Counted from the first letter of the stretch, positions 8,472 through 18,720 are shown. The stretch: DNA of 64,000 bases from an uncultured virus (IMG/VR IMGVR_UViG_2687453592_000007) (IMGVR_UViG_2687453592_000007); one strand, 5' to 3'. Notes: generated from the sequence alone by a model not told the origin. Numbers and translations are program-made.

Positions 8472-9115
8472 GCATCCGGGCGATCAAGGGCAAAGGCGTG
8501 AACCGGGCGCGGGTGGTCTGCGATGGCTGCGGCCGCGAGGAGGTCGTGACCTGCAACTACCTGCATCGACCCGGCAGGGTCTGGGTGCCGGATGCGGGGC
8601 AGATAAACCGGAAGATGATCGGGCAAGGCTGGGCCGAGGTGAAGGGCAAGCTCCACTGCCCGGCCTGCGAAGCGAAACGAAAGGCGACAGGCATGGCAAA
8701 GACGACGACGGCACCGGCTTCGAACCCGGATGGGGCGTTGCGGCAACCGACCCGGGCACAGAAGCGCGAGATCATGGATCTGCTGGAAGGGGTCTATGAC
8801 ACCACGGCGGAACGCTACCGGCAGGGCGACACCGACGCGACGGTGGCCGAGGTGCTGGGGGTGATGCCGGGCTGGGTGGCCGAGATCCGGGATGCGTTCT
8901 TCGGTCCCGATGGCGGCAACGAAGACATCGCGGGAGCGCTCGGCCGGATGGAGGCGCTGGAACGCGACATGCGGGCGGTTGCCGAAGAGGCAGCACGGCA
9001 GCGGGCGGCGGCCGAGAAGAAGCTGGCCGAGCTGTCGGTTCTGAAAGTCGAGCTCGACCGGATCCGAGTGGCGGTGGGACCGCGGGCGTTGCGCAAGGCC
9101 GGGGTCGCGGCATGA
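8468..9115 (+). CDS. Hypothetical protein with N-terminal Zn-finger (CDGC...CPAC) and C-terminal coiled coil; E1-specific
   Basis: ATGA overlaps both sides; absent from the same slot in E2. Confidence 0.7.
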   Translation: MSIRAIKGKGVNRARVVCDGCGREEVVTCNYLHRPGRVWVPDAGQINRKMIGQGWAEVKGKLHCPACEAKRKATGMAKTTTAPASNPDGALRQPTRAQKREIMDLLEGVYDTTAERYRQGDTDATVAEVLGVMPGWVAEIRDAFFGPDGGNEDIAGALGRMEALERDMRAVAEEAARQRAAAEKKLAELSVLKVELDRIRVAVGPRALRKAGVAA

Positions 9116-9771
9116 CGGCGGCGGCCCGGATCAGGGTGCCGCCCGCGCCCCGGACCCGCCGGGCGATGCCGGTTCGGGAGGCTTTGGAATGGGCTTTCGG
9201 CACCGAATGCGCGCGGCTCGACCACGACGAGATCGAGGCGGTCGGCGGCACCGGCTGGCGCCCCTTCGGCATGGAATACGTGGCCCTCGAACGCGCCCAG
9301 CTGGGCACCCGGGTCGACACGAGCCGCGGCCGGTCCCGCCCGCATGACGATGCCGAGATGATCGCGACCGTGGTCCGGAACGTCCTGCCCTGGTACGCCG
9401 CGACCCTCGTCGCCGATCTCGCCCGCGCGGGCCGCACGCCGGACTGGATGCCCGATGCCCGCCCGCATTGCGTTCCGGTCAAGTGGCGGCCGAGCCCGGC
9501 AGGGCCGCGCGCGGCGCAGGACTTCGGCGACACTTGGCGATACCGGGCCGGGCGCGGCCGGAACGGCAACAAGCTGGTAGAGTTGCGCGCGCCGTGCTGC
9601 CCGGTGACCTACTATCCGACCGCCGGTCAGATCGCATCCGCTCGGCGTGCCTGGCTCGACTGGTACGGTTACCTTCTGGAGGTGCGGTGTGCGCTCGAAG
9701 CTGCCGGACTGCGCAGTCTCCGCCTGACCGACGACATGCCGCCGATGACCCCGTGGAAAAATTCTTCTTGA
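9112..9771 (+). CDS. Late-regulator-position protein (putative activator/antiterminator)
   Basis: Last early gene before conserved promoter/hairpin and packaging genes; homolog at 39942-40616. Confidence 0.55.
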   Translation: MTAAARIRVPPAPRTRRAMPVREALEWAFGTECARLDHDEIEAVGGTGWRPFGMEYVALERAQLGTRVDTSRGRSRPHDDAEMIATVVRNVLPWYAATLVADLARAGRTPDWMPDARPHCVPVKWRPSPAGPRAAQDFGDTWRYRAGRGRNGNKLVELRAPCCPVTYYPTAGQIASARRAWLDWYGYLLEVRCALEAAGLRSLRLTDDMPPMTPWKNSS

Positions 9772-9860
9772 CTATTTAGGCATCCATGATTGACAAATGG
9801 TCAGCACCCAAGCTGTGCCCGGAGCGGACCCCCCCGCTGCGGGCGCTTTGCGTTCCGGGA
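9767..9860 (+). promoter_or_regulatory. Putative late promoter plus hairpin leader (E1)
   Basis: CTTGACT..TTGACA, then GCCCGGAGCGGA..GGGCGCTTTGCGTTCCGGGA; conserved at 41260-41350 ahead of non-homologous genes. Confidence 0.6.
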
Positions 9861-9870
9861 GGCCTCATCC

Positions 9871-10254
9871 ATGACGATCCGCAAGCTCTGCGCGGCCGCT
9901 GGCTGCGACGACCTCGCTGTGCCTGGCGCCGCGCTCTGCGAGTTGCACGAGGCCGAACGGATCGACCGGAACCGCGCGCGGCGGGCGAAGGTGAAGACGG
10001 CCGAGGAGATCCGGCGCCGCTCGAAGCTCTATGCCAGTCCCGCCTGGAAGACCGCGCGCGCTGCCTTCCTCGAGGCCAACCCGCTCTGCGTCGATTGCGC
10101 GGGGCTCGGGCTGGTGACCCCGGCCACCGAGGTGGATCACATCGCGCGGCACGAGGGCGACCGCGCCCGGTTCTGGGACCGTTCGAACTGGCAGGCGCTC
10201 TGCAAGAGCTGCCACAGCCGCAAGACCGCCCGCGAGGTGCTGGGGCGCAACTGA
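9871..10254 (+). CDS. HNH endonuclease (HK97 gp74-like terminase cofactor)
   Basis: PLCVDC..EVDHI..H.GD..FWD.SNWQALCKSCHSRKT; upstream of terS. Confidence 0.92.
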   Translation: MTIRKLCAAAGCDDLAVPGAALCELHEAERIDRNRARRAKVKTAEEIRRRSKLYASPAWKTARAAFLEANPLCVDCAGLGLVTPATEVDHIARHEGDRARFWDRSNWQALCKSCHSRKTAREVLGRN

Positions 10255-10385
10255 CACCGGGGGGTGTCCAAAAATCGACGGCCCCCCTCGGGAACCGCGC
10301 ATGGGAGCTTTCCTGTTGCGCGGGCCGAATTGGCAAAAAAAGCCCACGATTATAAGCCCCCGAGACAAAAACGGAGGGAGGTCCG
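10255..10385 (+). other. Probable cos region of E1 (HK97-like)
   Basis: Non-coding gap between HNH and terS with G-run, A-tracts and GC-rich core, the usual cos position in HK97-like phages. Confidence 0.5.
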
Positions 10386-10823
10386 ATGCGCGGTCAGAAG
10401 CCGAAGCTCGACAATGTCGTGCCGATGAAGGCCGACCAGACGGCGCCCGTGCCCGAGGCGCCCGACTGGATGAGCGCCGAGGGGCGGGACGCCTGGGACC
10501 GACTCGCGCCGGTGTTGGCGGGCAAGCGGCGGCTCGACCCGGCCTTTCACGACCCCTTCGCCGTCTATTGCGAGGCGGTGGCCGATGTCATCCGCTTCAC
10601 CGGTGATATCGCGGCCTTCGGCAGCTGGTACGAGGTCGAGACCCGGAACGGGCGGCAGCAGAAGAAGCGCGCGGTCTGGGGCCAGCGCCAGGACGCGATT
10701 GCCACCATGAACCAGCTCGCTGCGCGCTTCGGGATGACGCCGGTCGACGAGGCGCGGATGAGCGCGGGCGGGCAAGGCGATCTCTTCGGCGAGATCCTGA
10801 GGACACTCGATGGACCCGATTGA
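10386..10823 (+). CDS. terS: Terminase small subunit, P27 family
   Basis: MRGQKP N-terminus, EAPDWM..W, FGMTP..R motif. Confidence 0.9.
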   Translation: MRGQKPKLDNVVPMKADQTAPVPEAPDWMSAEGRDAWDRLAPVLAGKRRLDPAFHDPFAVYCEAVADVIRFTGDIAAFGSWYEVETRNGRQQKKRAVWGQRQDAIATMNQLAARFGMTPVDEARMSAGGQGDLFGEILRTLDGPD

Positions 10824-12471
10824 CCACCCGGTCTCGCGCTATGCGCTCGATGTGATCGAGGGCCGCGAGATCGCGGGCACGCTGGTGCGGCTCGCTTGCG
10901 AACGCCACCTGATGGATCTGGAGACCGGCCGCGACCGCGGGCTCCGGTTCGACTGCAAGGCGGCCTCGCGCGTCCTGAACTTCGCGCGGCTGATCAAGCA
11001 CACGACGGGTCCGGCGGCGGGCCGCCCGCTGGCGCTGACGCCCTGGCAGGTCTTCCGGCATGGCTCGGTCTTCGGCTGGAAGCAGGAGGACGGGCTGAGG
11101 CGGTTCCGCACCACCTATCACCAGGTCGCGAAGAAGAACGGCAAGACCACCGACACCGCGGTGCCGATGCTCTTCACCCAGCTCTTCGATGGCGAGGCAG
11201 CCCCCCAGGGCTTCTGCACCGCGACGACGCGCGATCAGGCGGGGCTTCTGTTCCGCGAGCTGCGGCGGATGATCAAGGCCGCGCCCGCGCTTTCGGCCTT
11301 CATGGACACCGACAACAAGCACCTGATCTCGACCGCGATCACCAATGGCACGATCCGGACGCTGAGCCGCGACGGCAACTCGGCCGATGGCATCAACCCC
11401 AGCTTCGTCGCCCGCGACGAGGTGCACCGCTGGACCGACCGCGAACTGGCCGAGGTGGTGGTCAATTCGATGATCGCCCGCGCCCAGCCCATCGATTGGG
11501 CGATCACCACGGCAGGCGCCGACATGGCCTCGATCTGCGGCGAGCTGAGGGAATACTCCGCGACCGTCCTGCGGGGCGATGTCGAGGATGACAGCTTCTT
11601 TGCCTATGTCGCCGAGCCGCCTGGCGATTGCGACGTGGGCGATCCGGTGGCCTGGAAGATGGCCAATCCCAATCTGGGCATCGCCTTCAGCGAGGAGCGC
11701 TTTGCCGAGCTTTACCGCGAGGCCACGGTGATCTCGGGCAAGATGCCGAACTTCCGGCGGCTGCACATGAACCTCTGGACCGAGGGCGCGCAGTCCTGGA
11801 TCGAGCGCGAGATCTGGGACAGGGGCGCCGAGCCCTTCGCGCCCGAGGCGCTTTACGGGCGCCCGGCCTGGGTCGGGCTCGATCTGTCGAAGACCACCGA
11901 CCTGACCTCGATCTGCATCGCGATCCCGAAGGACGGGCAGGTCTACCTGATCAGCTATTCCTTCCTGCCCTCGGGGCCGAAGGGCTTCATCGCCCGGGCG
12001 CAGAGCGAGAAGCGGGACTATGTCGCCTGGCGCGATCAGGGCTGGCTGGAGGTGCATGGCGGCGGCGTGATCGACGAGGACCAGGTGATCGAGCGGCTGG
12101 AATGGATCCGGGCGCGCTTCGATCTGCGCGAGCTGTCCTATGACCGCTGGGGCATGAAGTATGTGGCGAAGGAGCTGGTCAAGCGGCGCTTTCCGCTGGT
12201 CGAGCATGGCCAGGGCTATGCCTCGATGTCCTCGCCGATGAAGCGCTTCGAGCGCGCGGTGGCGCAGGGGCGGCTGCGGCATGGCGGCAATCCGGTGCTG
12301 GCCTGGGCGGTGGGCAATGTCCATCGCGACGAGGATGCGGCCGAGAACATCAAGCCCAACAAGGCGCGCTCGAAGGGGCGGATCGATCCGGCGGTGGCCG
12401 CGATCATGGCGCTCGGCCGCGCCGAGGCGGAGGCGGGCAAACGCAAGGCACGGGACGTGGCAACGGTATGA
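10810..12471 (+). CDS. terL: Terminase large subunit (HK97-type)
   Basis: LTPWQ, KKNGKT Walker A, DEVH Walker B, GLDLS..DLT nuclease, RIDPAVA. Confidence 0.95.
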   Translation: MDPIDHPVSRYALDVIEGREIAGTLVRLACERHLMDLETGRDRGLRFDCKAASRVLNFARLIKHTTGPAAGRPLALTPWQVFRHGSVFGWKQEDGLRRFRTTYHQVAKKNGKTTDTAVPMLFTQLFDGEAAPQGFCTATTRDQAGLLFRELRRMIKAAPALSAFMDTDNKHLISTAITNGTIRTLSRDGNSADGINPSFVARDEVHRWTDRELAEVVVNSMIARAQPIDWAITTAGADMASICGELREYSATVLRGDVEDDSFFAYVAEPPGDCDVGDPVAWKMANPNLGIAFSEERFAELYREATVISGKMPNFRRLHMNLWTEGAQSWIEREIWDRGAEPFAPEALYGRPAWVGLDLSKTTDLTSICIAIPKDGQVYLISYSFLPSGPKGFIARAQSEKRDYVAWRDQGWLEVHGGGVIDEDQVIERLEWIRARFDLRELSYDRWGMKYVAKELVKRRFPLVEHGQGYASMSSPMKRFERAVAQGRLRHGGNPVLAWAVGNVHRDEDAAENIKPNKARSKGRIDPAVAAIMALGRAEAEAGKRKARDVATV

Positions 12472-13781
12472 TCGGACTTCCTTTCCTCACGCGCGGCCGG
12501 AAAGCAGAGGCCCCCCGGCCCGAACCCCGGCCCGAACCCCGGCGCGAACCGCCGGTCACGGCCAGCATGGCTGCGGCCGGACCTGTGGAGCCCTCGGGCA
12601 CACGCGCCCCGTCGCCGTGGTTCGGCGATCACTGGGCGGGCACGCAATCCCGCGTGCGCTCGCTGCCGGTGGTGACGCCGCTGGCGGCACAGCGTCATGC
12701 CACGGTCTTCGCCTGCTGCAACGTGATCGCGGGCGATCTCGCCAAGGTGCCGCTGCGGCTCTACCAGCGGATGGGGCCGAGCCGGGCCGAGCCGGTGGTC
12801 GAGCATGCCGCGACCTATCTGCTGAACACCGAATCCGCCCCGGGCGTGGCGGCCCGTCTCGCGCGTTTTGCGCTGGTCTATGCCTTCGCGCTGCGCGGCC
12901 GGGGCTATGCCTATGCGCCCCGCGACGGCGCGGGCGAGCTGACGCTTCTGGATGTGATCCGCCCCGATCTCTGCGCCGAGCTTCGCGACGGCCGGGCGCG
13001 CTTCTATGCCTTCGAGGACGGGGCCGGGATCCAGCGCCGGGCGCCGTCCCGCGCGATGGTGCATCTGCGCTACATGGCCGAGGACGGCTGGACCGGGCGC
13101 AGCCCCTTGCAGGTCGCGGCCGAGTCGGTCGGCCTCGCGCTGGCCGGTCAGGAGGCCGCGGCGCGGGCGGCTTCGGGCGTGCAGATGCGCGCGGTCCTGA
13201 AGATGGAGGATGTCTACGAGGACGATGAGGCCTGGCACCGCAATGCCCGCCGCGTGCGCAACGCGCTGACCGATCCCGAGGCCAACGGGATCCCGATCAT
13301 CGGCGCCACCGAGGACATCAAGTCGCTGGATCTCTCGGCCGCCGATCAGCAGCTCCTGGAAAGCCGCAAGTTCGACCGCGAGCAGATCGCGGCGATCTAC
13401 CGGGTGCCGCCCTCGAAGCTGCAGATGCTGGAACACGGGGTGAAGGCCAACGGCCAGCAGCAGGCCATCGATTACAAGACCGACTGCCTGTTGCATTGGG
13501 GCGGCTTCGTCGAGGCGCAGCTGGCGCTCGGCGTGCTGACCGAGGCCGAACGGCGGGCCGGGCTCTTCTTCCGGCACGATTACGACGCGCTGATGCAGGC
13601 GACGACGAAAGAACGCTACGACGCACTGAAGGCGGCGGTGGGCGGCCCGTTCCTGACCGCCAACGAGGCCCGCGCCGAGGATGGCCGCGCCCCGGTCGAG
13701 GACGGCGACCGCCTCAACCCCGCCCCCAACATGACCCGCGACGAGGATGCCGGGGCCGAGACGACAGAAGGGAAAGACTGA
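12468..13781 (+). CDS. Portal protein, HK97 family
   Basis: VFACCNVIAGDLAKVPL, GRSPL, IAAIYRVPP, TANEAR motifs. Confidence 0.95.
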   Translation: MIGLPFLTRGRKAEAPRPEPRPEPRREPPVTASMAAAGPVEPSGTRAPSPWFGDHWAGTQSRVRSLPVVTPLAAQRHATVFACCNVIAGDLAKVPLRLYQRMGPSRAEPVVEHAATYLLNTESAPGVAARLARFALVYAFALRGRGYAYAPRDGAGELTLLDVIRPDLCAELRDGRARFYAFEDGAGIQRRAPSRAMVHLRYMAEDGWTGRSPLQVAAESVGLALAGQEAAARAASGVQMRAVLKMEDVYEDDEAWHRNARRVRNALTDPEANGIPIIGATEDIKSLDLSAADQQLLESRKFDREQIAAIYRVPPSKLQMLEHGVKANGQQQAIDYKTDCLLHWGGFVEAQLALGVLTEAERRAGLFFRHDYDALMQATTKERYDALKAAVGGPFLTANEARAEDGRAPVEDGDRLNPAPNMTRDEDAGAETTEGKD

Positions 13782-14698
13782 TGGAGATGACGATTGCCAG
13801 CCTTCTGGGCGCCGCCCCCCTGGCGCTGGATCACGACTTCGGGGCGGGGCTCCTGGGGCTGCCTTTGCCCGCCGCGCCTGCCGCCGGGCCAGCGCTTTCC
13901 GGGCCGGTCGAGGTGGCCCGCGGCGAGCGCTTCGCGGTCGCGCGCGGCGTGGCGGTGATGCCGGTGCGGGGCGTGCTGACGCCCAATGCCGAGATCCTCG
14001 AACGCTACCTCGGCTGGGCGACCTTTGCGGGGATCGAGGCCTCCTGCGGGGCGCTGGCCGCCCAGGAGGACGTGGCGGCGGTGGTGATCGAGTTCGACAC
14101 GCCGGGCGGGCTGGTCCTGGGCGGCGCGGCTGCGGCGGGGGCCATCGCGGCGCTGGCGGCGGTCAAGCCCGTCCATGCCCTGGTCAATCCGCTGGCGGCC
14201 TCGATGGGGTATCACCTGGCGAGCCAGTGTTCGGAGATCGCGATGACGCCGGGCAGCCTCGCGGGCTCCATCGGCATCATGCGCCAGGCGGGCTGGCCGG
14301 TCGGCCCGGACAGGGCGGGCCAGCAATGGCAGATCTTCACCTCGACCCATGCCCGCGCCAAGCTGCCGAACCCCGAGACCGAGGCGGGCCGGGCCGAGAT
14401 CCGGCGCGATCTCGATGCCCATGAGGCGGCCTTCCATGCCGATGTCGCCCGGGGCCGGGGCATCGCCCCCGGGGATCTGGCCGCGCGGCTGTCCGTGACC
14501 GACGACCCGACCGATGGCGGGGCGACCTTCGGGCCGGAGGCGGCCATCGCCCGCGGCCTTGCCGACCGCGCCGAGACCCGCCTGGCCTTCTATGACCGGA
14601 TCTTTGCGGCCCATGCGCCCAGGCCCGCCGCCCGGCGGAGCTCGGGCCGGGGCCACCTGGCGCAAGCCGCCGCCGCGCAGGCCCGCGCCACGCTCTGA
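13781..14698 (+). CDS. Prohead protease, S49 family
   Basis: DTPGG, AASMGYHLAS, GSIGI motifs. Confidence 0.9.
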   Translation: MEMTIASLLGAAPLALDHDFGAGLLGLPLPAAPAAGPALSGPVEVARGERFAVARGVAVMPVRGVLTPNAEILERYLGWATFAGIEASCGALAAQEDVAAVVIEFDTPGGLVLGGAAAAGAIAALAAVKPVHALVNPLAASMGYHLASQCSEIAMTPGSLAGSIGIMRQAGWPVGPDRAGQQWQIFTSTHARAKLPNPETEAGRAEIRRDLDAHEAAFHADVARGRGIAPGDLAARLSVTDDPTDGGATFGPEAAIARGLADRAETRLAFYDRIFAAHAPRPAARRSSGRGHLAQAAAAQARATL

Positions 14699-14719
14699 AC
14701 TTCCCGAGAGCGGGAACTT

Positions 14720-14761
14720 GCCGCCCCGTCCGGATCGCTCCGGGCGGGGCTTTTGCTTTTG
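14720..14761 (+). terminator. Intrinsic-terminator-like hairpin between protease and capsid genes
   Basis: GCCCCGTCCGGA..TCCGGGCGGGGC followed by TTTTGCTTTT. Confidence 0.45.
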
Positions 14762-14778
14762 CCAACCAGGAGACCGAC

Positions 14779-16101
14779 ATGCCCAAACCCCGTGACCTGA
14801 ACGATCTGCGCCGCGAGCGCCGCGCGGCGGCCGCGCAGATGCAGGAGCGCGCCGATGCGCTGGCCGCGCTCGAAGGGGCGGAAACGCCCGATACCGAGGC
14901 CATCGCCGCGGCCGAGACCGCCTTTGCCGAGGCCCAGGCGGGCTTCGAGACGCTGAACGCCCAGGTCGGCCGGGCCGAGGCCACGGACGCCGCCCGCGCC
15001 GCCGCCGCAACCGGGGGCGACGATCCCGCGCCCGCCCAAACCCCCGCGCCGCAGGCCGCCACGCCGCGCAATCCCGCGCATCGGGGCGTCGAGGTGGGCT
15101 TCATGCTGCATGCGCTGGCGGCCAGCCGGGGCGACCGCGAGCGCGCGGTGGCGCGCCTTGAGACCGACGGCCATTCCGGCGTTGCCGCGATCATGTCGGG
15201 CGCCTCGGAAGCCGCGGGCGGCATCACCATTCCCGCCGCGCAATCCGAGGAACTGATCGCGCTCCTGCGCCCGCGCGTCACCGTCCGGGCCTCGGGCGCG
15301 CGCACCGTGCCGATGCCGGCCGGTGAGCTGCGCACCGCGCGCCAGAGCGCGGGCGCGACCGCGGGCTATGGCGCCGAGACCTCGGCCATCGCGGAAAGCG
15401 AGATGAGCTTCGATGCGGTCGACAAGTCCTTCAAGCTCCTGCGCGCGCTGGTGCCGCTCTCGAACAGCCTCTTGCGGCATTCCTCGGTCGCCATGGCCCA
15501 GCATGCCCGGGATGACCTGCTGAAGGCGATGGCGCTGCGCGAGGATCTGGCCTTCCTGCGCGGCGACGGCGCGAATGACACGCCGAAGGGGCTGCGCAAC
15601 TGGGCGCTGGCCGACAACTGGCGCGAGGGCATCGCGGGCACGGCCGCGGCGGCCGAGGCGGCGGTTCGCTGGGCGGTCTCGACGGTCGAGGACGCCAATG
15701 TCGGCATGGTGCAACCTGGCTGGATCATGCGCGCCTCGGCCAAGAACTGGCTCGCGAGCCTGCGCGATGATCGCGGCACCCCGGTCTTCCCCTCGATCGA
15801 TGCCAGCGGGACGCTGAAGGGCTATCCGATCCGCACCACTTCGCAGGTGCCCGACAATCTGGGCGCGGAGGGCGACGGCACCGAGATCACCTTCGCCGAT
15901 TTCGACGAGGTGGTGATCGGGGACGCGATGCAGATCGCCATCGCCGCCTCGACCGAGGCCGCTTTCGTCGATGCCAATGGCGAGACGATCTCGGCCTTCC
16001 AGCGCGATCTGACGCTGATGCGCGCGGTCTCCGAACACGATCTCGCACCCAGCCATGACGAGGCCATCGCGGGCTTCACCGCGACCGGCTGGTCGCTCTG
16101 A
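14779..16101 (+). CDS. Major capsid protein, HK97 fold with N-terminal delta domain
   Basis: Coiled-coil N-terminus, GGITIP, FLRGDG..PKGL, FQRDLT.MRA motifs; position. Confidence 0.93.
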   Translation: MPKPRDLNDLRRERRAAAAQMQERADALAALEGAETPDTEAIAAAETAFAEAQAGFETLNAQVGRAEATDAARAAAATGGDDPAPAQTPAPQAATPRNPAHRGVEVGFMLHALAASRGDRERAVARLETDGHSGVAAIMSGASEAAGGITIPAAQSEELIALLRPRVTVRASGARTVPMPAGELRTARQSAGATAGYGAETSAIAESEMSFDAVDKSFKLLRALVPLSNSLLRHSSVAMAQHARDDLLKAMALREDLAFLRGDGANDTPKGLRNWALADNWREGIAGTAAAAEAAVRWAVSTVEDANVGMVQPGWIMRASAKNWLASLRDDRGTPVFPSIDASGTLKGYPIRTTSQVPDNLGAEGDGTEITFADFDEVVIGDAMQIAIAASTEAAFVDANGETISAFQRDLTLMRAVSEHDLAPSHDEAIAGFTATGWSL

Positions 16102-16139
16102 GCCCCGCCACCGTTCCCCAATTCCGAGAGGTATCCGAC

Positions 16140-16487
16140 ATGACGAAGGTCATTCTGAAGTTCCGCCGCGCCCATGGGCGCTACAACCGCGGCGAGGTGG
16201 CGGGGTTTGCGCCCGCGCTGGCCGCGAAGCTGACCCGGGGCGAGGACCCGGTGGCGACGGTCTTCGACCGGGCGGCCGAGGCCCGGCTTGCCGCCGCGCC
16301 CGTCGATCCGGCCGAACTGGCGGCCCGCGCCGCCGATCTGGCCGCCCGCGAGACGGCGCTTGCGACGCGCGAGGCGGCCCTGGCCCAGGCCGAGGCGAAG
16401 GCCGAGACCGGCGCGCCGCCGAAACAGGGCAAGGCCGCCGGGAAAGAGACCGCCAAGGATCCGGCCAAGGACGCGGCGACGGCATGA
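16140..16487 (+). CDS. Small head-associated protein
   Basis: Follows capsid; GRYNRGEVAGF motif; RBS. Confidence 0.6.
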   Translation: MTKVILKFRRAHGRYNRGEVAGFAPALAAKLTRGEDPVATVFDRAAEARLAAAPVDPAELAARAADLAARETALATREAALAQAEAKAETGAPPKQGKAAGKETAKDPAKDAATA

Positions 16488-17032
16488 TCCTGGAAGAGAC
16501 CCCGCCGCCGGGTGTCAGTGTCGAGGCGTATAAACGCGCCTCGCATTGGGAGGGCGATGCGGACGATGCCCGGATCGGGGCCTGTCTGGCGGCGGCGCAA
16601 TCGGCGGTCGAGACCGCCACGCGCCGTCCGCTGACGCCCCGCCGGGTGCGCTTCGAGACCGCCGCCGGACAGGGCCGCCGCTGGTGGGTGCCGGTCGCCC
16701 CGGTGCGCGCGCTGCTGGGCGTGAGCTGGTCGGGCGGCGAGCTGAGCGCGGAGGCCGCCCGGCTCCTCTTTCCCGACAGCGAGCCGCAGATCCTCCTTGC
16801 CCCGGGGGCGCTGGCGCGGGTGCCGGACGGCGCGCCGCTCCGGATCGCCCTCGAGGTCGGTCCCGACATCGTGCCGCCGACGCTGGCCCAGGCGGTGATC
16901 CTGATCGCGCGGGACTGGCTCGATGCGGGGATCGCCATCGAGACGGTGGAAAGCCCGCGCATCGCCTTCGGGGCGCGCTCCCTGATCCGGCAGATGCGCT
17001 ATCGGCGCCCCGGCATCTGGTGCCGCCGATGA
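16484..17032 (+). CDS. Head-tail adaptor (gp6-like)
   Basis: DDARIGACLAAAQSAVETATRRPL...VPPTLAQAVIL. Confidence 0.8.
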   Translation: MILEETPPPGVSVEAYKRASHWEGDADDARIGACLAAAQSAVETATRRPLTPRRVRFETAAGQGRRWWVPVAPVRALLGVSWSGGELSAEAARLLFPDSEPQILLAPGALARVPDGAPLRIALEVGPDIVPPTLAQAVILIARDWLDAGIAIETVESPRIAFGARSLIRQMRYRRPGIWCRR

Positions 17033-17370
17033 GCCTGTGTCTCGACCGCCGCGTCACCTTCGAGCGCCAGGGGCAGGGGCGCAATGCGCTGAACGAACCC
17101 ACGGGCGCCTGGGCGGAGATCGCCACGCTCTGGGCCGCGCGCGCGGATCTGGCCGAGACCGAACGCGCCGCGGCGGGCCAGATCGGGGCGGTGCGCGCCG
17201 CGCGCTTCACCCTGCGCCGCTCGGCCCTGGCCGAGGGCCCGGCCCGGACCCTCAGTGCCGCCGACCGGCTCCGGGACGAGGGAATGATCTGGAACATCAC
17301 CGGCGTCACCGAACGCGGCCGCTGGGTCGACGTCTCGGCCGTCAGCAATGGCCGGAAGGAGGAGGCATGA
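17029..17370 (+). CDS. Head closure protein (SPP1 gp16-like)
   Basis: LDRRVTF, W.EIATLWA motifs; position. Confidence 0.85.
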   Translation: MSLCLDRRVTFERQGQGRNALNEPTGAWAEIATLWAARADLAETERAAAGQIGAVRAARFTLRRSALAEGPARTLSAADRLRDEGMIWNITGVTERGRWVDVSAVSNGRKEEA

Positions 17371-17876
17371 GCAAGCAACCCGTCTCGGTCGATGGCCTGG
17401 CCGACCTGGAAAAGATGATGGTGGAGCATCTGCCCAAATCGACCGGCCGGGGCGTGCTGCGCCGGGTGGGCAAGTCGGCGCTGGGGATCTTCGTCGAGCG
17501 CGCCCGCGATCTCGCACCGCGCGCCAGCGGCGATCTGGCCGAGAGCCTCGCGGTCTCGACCCGGCTCGACCCCAAACAGCGCCGCGATCACCGCAAGCTC
17601 GTGCGCGACGACAAGGCGGCGGTCGAGATCTTCGGCGGCGCCGCGGCGCTCCCCCATGCCCATCTGGTCGAGTTCGGCAGCGTCGAGCGGCATCTGGAAA
17701 GCGGCGGCTCGACCGGCACCATGCCAGCCCAGCCCTTCATGCGCCCGGCCTGGGACGCGACCCGCGAGGCGGTGCTGGCCGGTATCGCCAAGGGGCTCGG
17801 GCACGAGATCGCGAAGACCGTGGCCCGCCGCGCGAAGCGGCTGGCGAAGAGGGCCGGGAAGGGGGGCGGCCGATGA
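17367..17876 (+). CDS. HK97 gp10-like neck/tail completion protein
   Basis: APRASGDLAES, HLVEFG, MPAQPFMRPAWD. Confidence 0.88.
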   Translation: MSKQPVSVDGLADLEKMMVEHLPKSTGRGVLRRVGKSALGIFVERARDLAPRASGDLAESLAVSTRLDPKQRRDHRKLVRDDKAAVEIFGGAAALPHAHLVEFGSVERHLESGGSTGTMPAQPFMRPAWDATREAVLAGIAKGLGHEIAKTVARRAKRLAKRAGKGGGR

Positions 17877-18292
17877 GCTTCAAGGCCGACCTGACCGATC
17901 TCTTGCTGAGCGATCCGGGGCTCGCGGATCTGGTCGGCGCACGCATCACCTGGGGCCGCCGCGCGCCCGGCGAGGGGCTGCCCGCGCTGGTGCTGCTGCG
18001 GGTCGGCGCGACACGCGACTATCACATGAAGGGGGTCGGCGCGCTGCGGCGCACCCGGATCCAGGCCGAGATCCTGGCCACCACGCTGGCCGAGGCGGGC
18101 GAGGTCGAGGCGCGTCTGATCGCCCGGCTCGACGGGGTCCGCGGCCCCCATGGCGGCACCGATTTCCGCGGCATCTTCGTCGAGGCCCTGCGCGACGGGC
18201 TCGACACCGACCGGGACGGCAGCGGGATCCACCGGATCCTGGCCGACCTGATCATCCATCACAGGGTTCACAACGAGGAGAATGAGAGATGA
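17873..18292 (+). CDS. Tail terminator (DUF3168-like)
   Basis: LADLVGARI..LPALV motif; precedes tube gene. Confidence 0.8.
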   Translation: MSFKADLTDLLLSDPGLADLVGARITWGRRAPGEGLPALVLLRVGATRDYHMKGVGALRRTRIQAEILATTLAEAGEVEARLIARLDGVRGPHGGTDFRGIFVEALRDGLDTDRDGSGIHRILADLIIHHRVHNEENER

Positions 18293-18717
18293 GCGAGGCG
18301 GATATCGCCTGGGGCTATGGCGTGGAAGTGGCCGAGGACGCCGCCGCCACGACCTTCCTGGAGCTGGCCGAGGTCAAGTCGGTGGCCCTGCCCGACCAGC
18401 AGCGCGACGAACATGAGGCGACCCATATGAAGTCGCCGAACCGGACCAAGGAGTTCCGCCCGGGGCTGCTCGATCCGGGCGAATGCTCGGTCACCATGAA
18501 CTGGATCGAAGGCTCGGCCACCGACAATCTGCTGATCGGGCTGAAGGCCAGCGGCAATGTGCGCCAGATCCGGGTGACCTTCCCGGGCGGCACGGCCTGG
18601 ACCTTCGAGGGCTGGCTCAAATCCTACGTGCCCCCCGCTACCGTGGGTGAGTTCCAGGAGGTCTCCGCGAGCTTCCGGGTCACCGGCAGCCTGTCCATCA
18701 CCGGCATGGGGGGCTGA
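18289..18717 (+). CDS. Major tail tube protein (siphovirus)
   Basis: EATHMKSP..KEF.PGL.DPGE, FRVTG motifs. Confidence 0.88.
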   Translation: MSEADIAWGYGVEVAEDAAATTFLELAEVKSVALPDQQRDEHEATHMKSPNRTKEFRPGLLDPGECSVTMNWIEGSATDNLLIGLKASGNVRQIRVTFPGGTAWTFEGWLKSYVPPATVGEFQEVSASFRVTGSLSITGMGG

Positions 18718-18720
18718 TCC

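Noticed and set aside
12510..12552. 12-bp tandem repeat in portal N-terminus (PRPEPRPEPRREP); similar 12-bp duplication near 52337-52365
   Set aside because: In-frame slippage in flexible termini; no evidence of phase variation.
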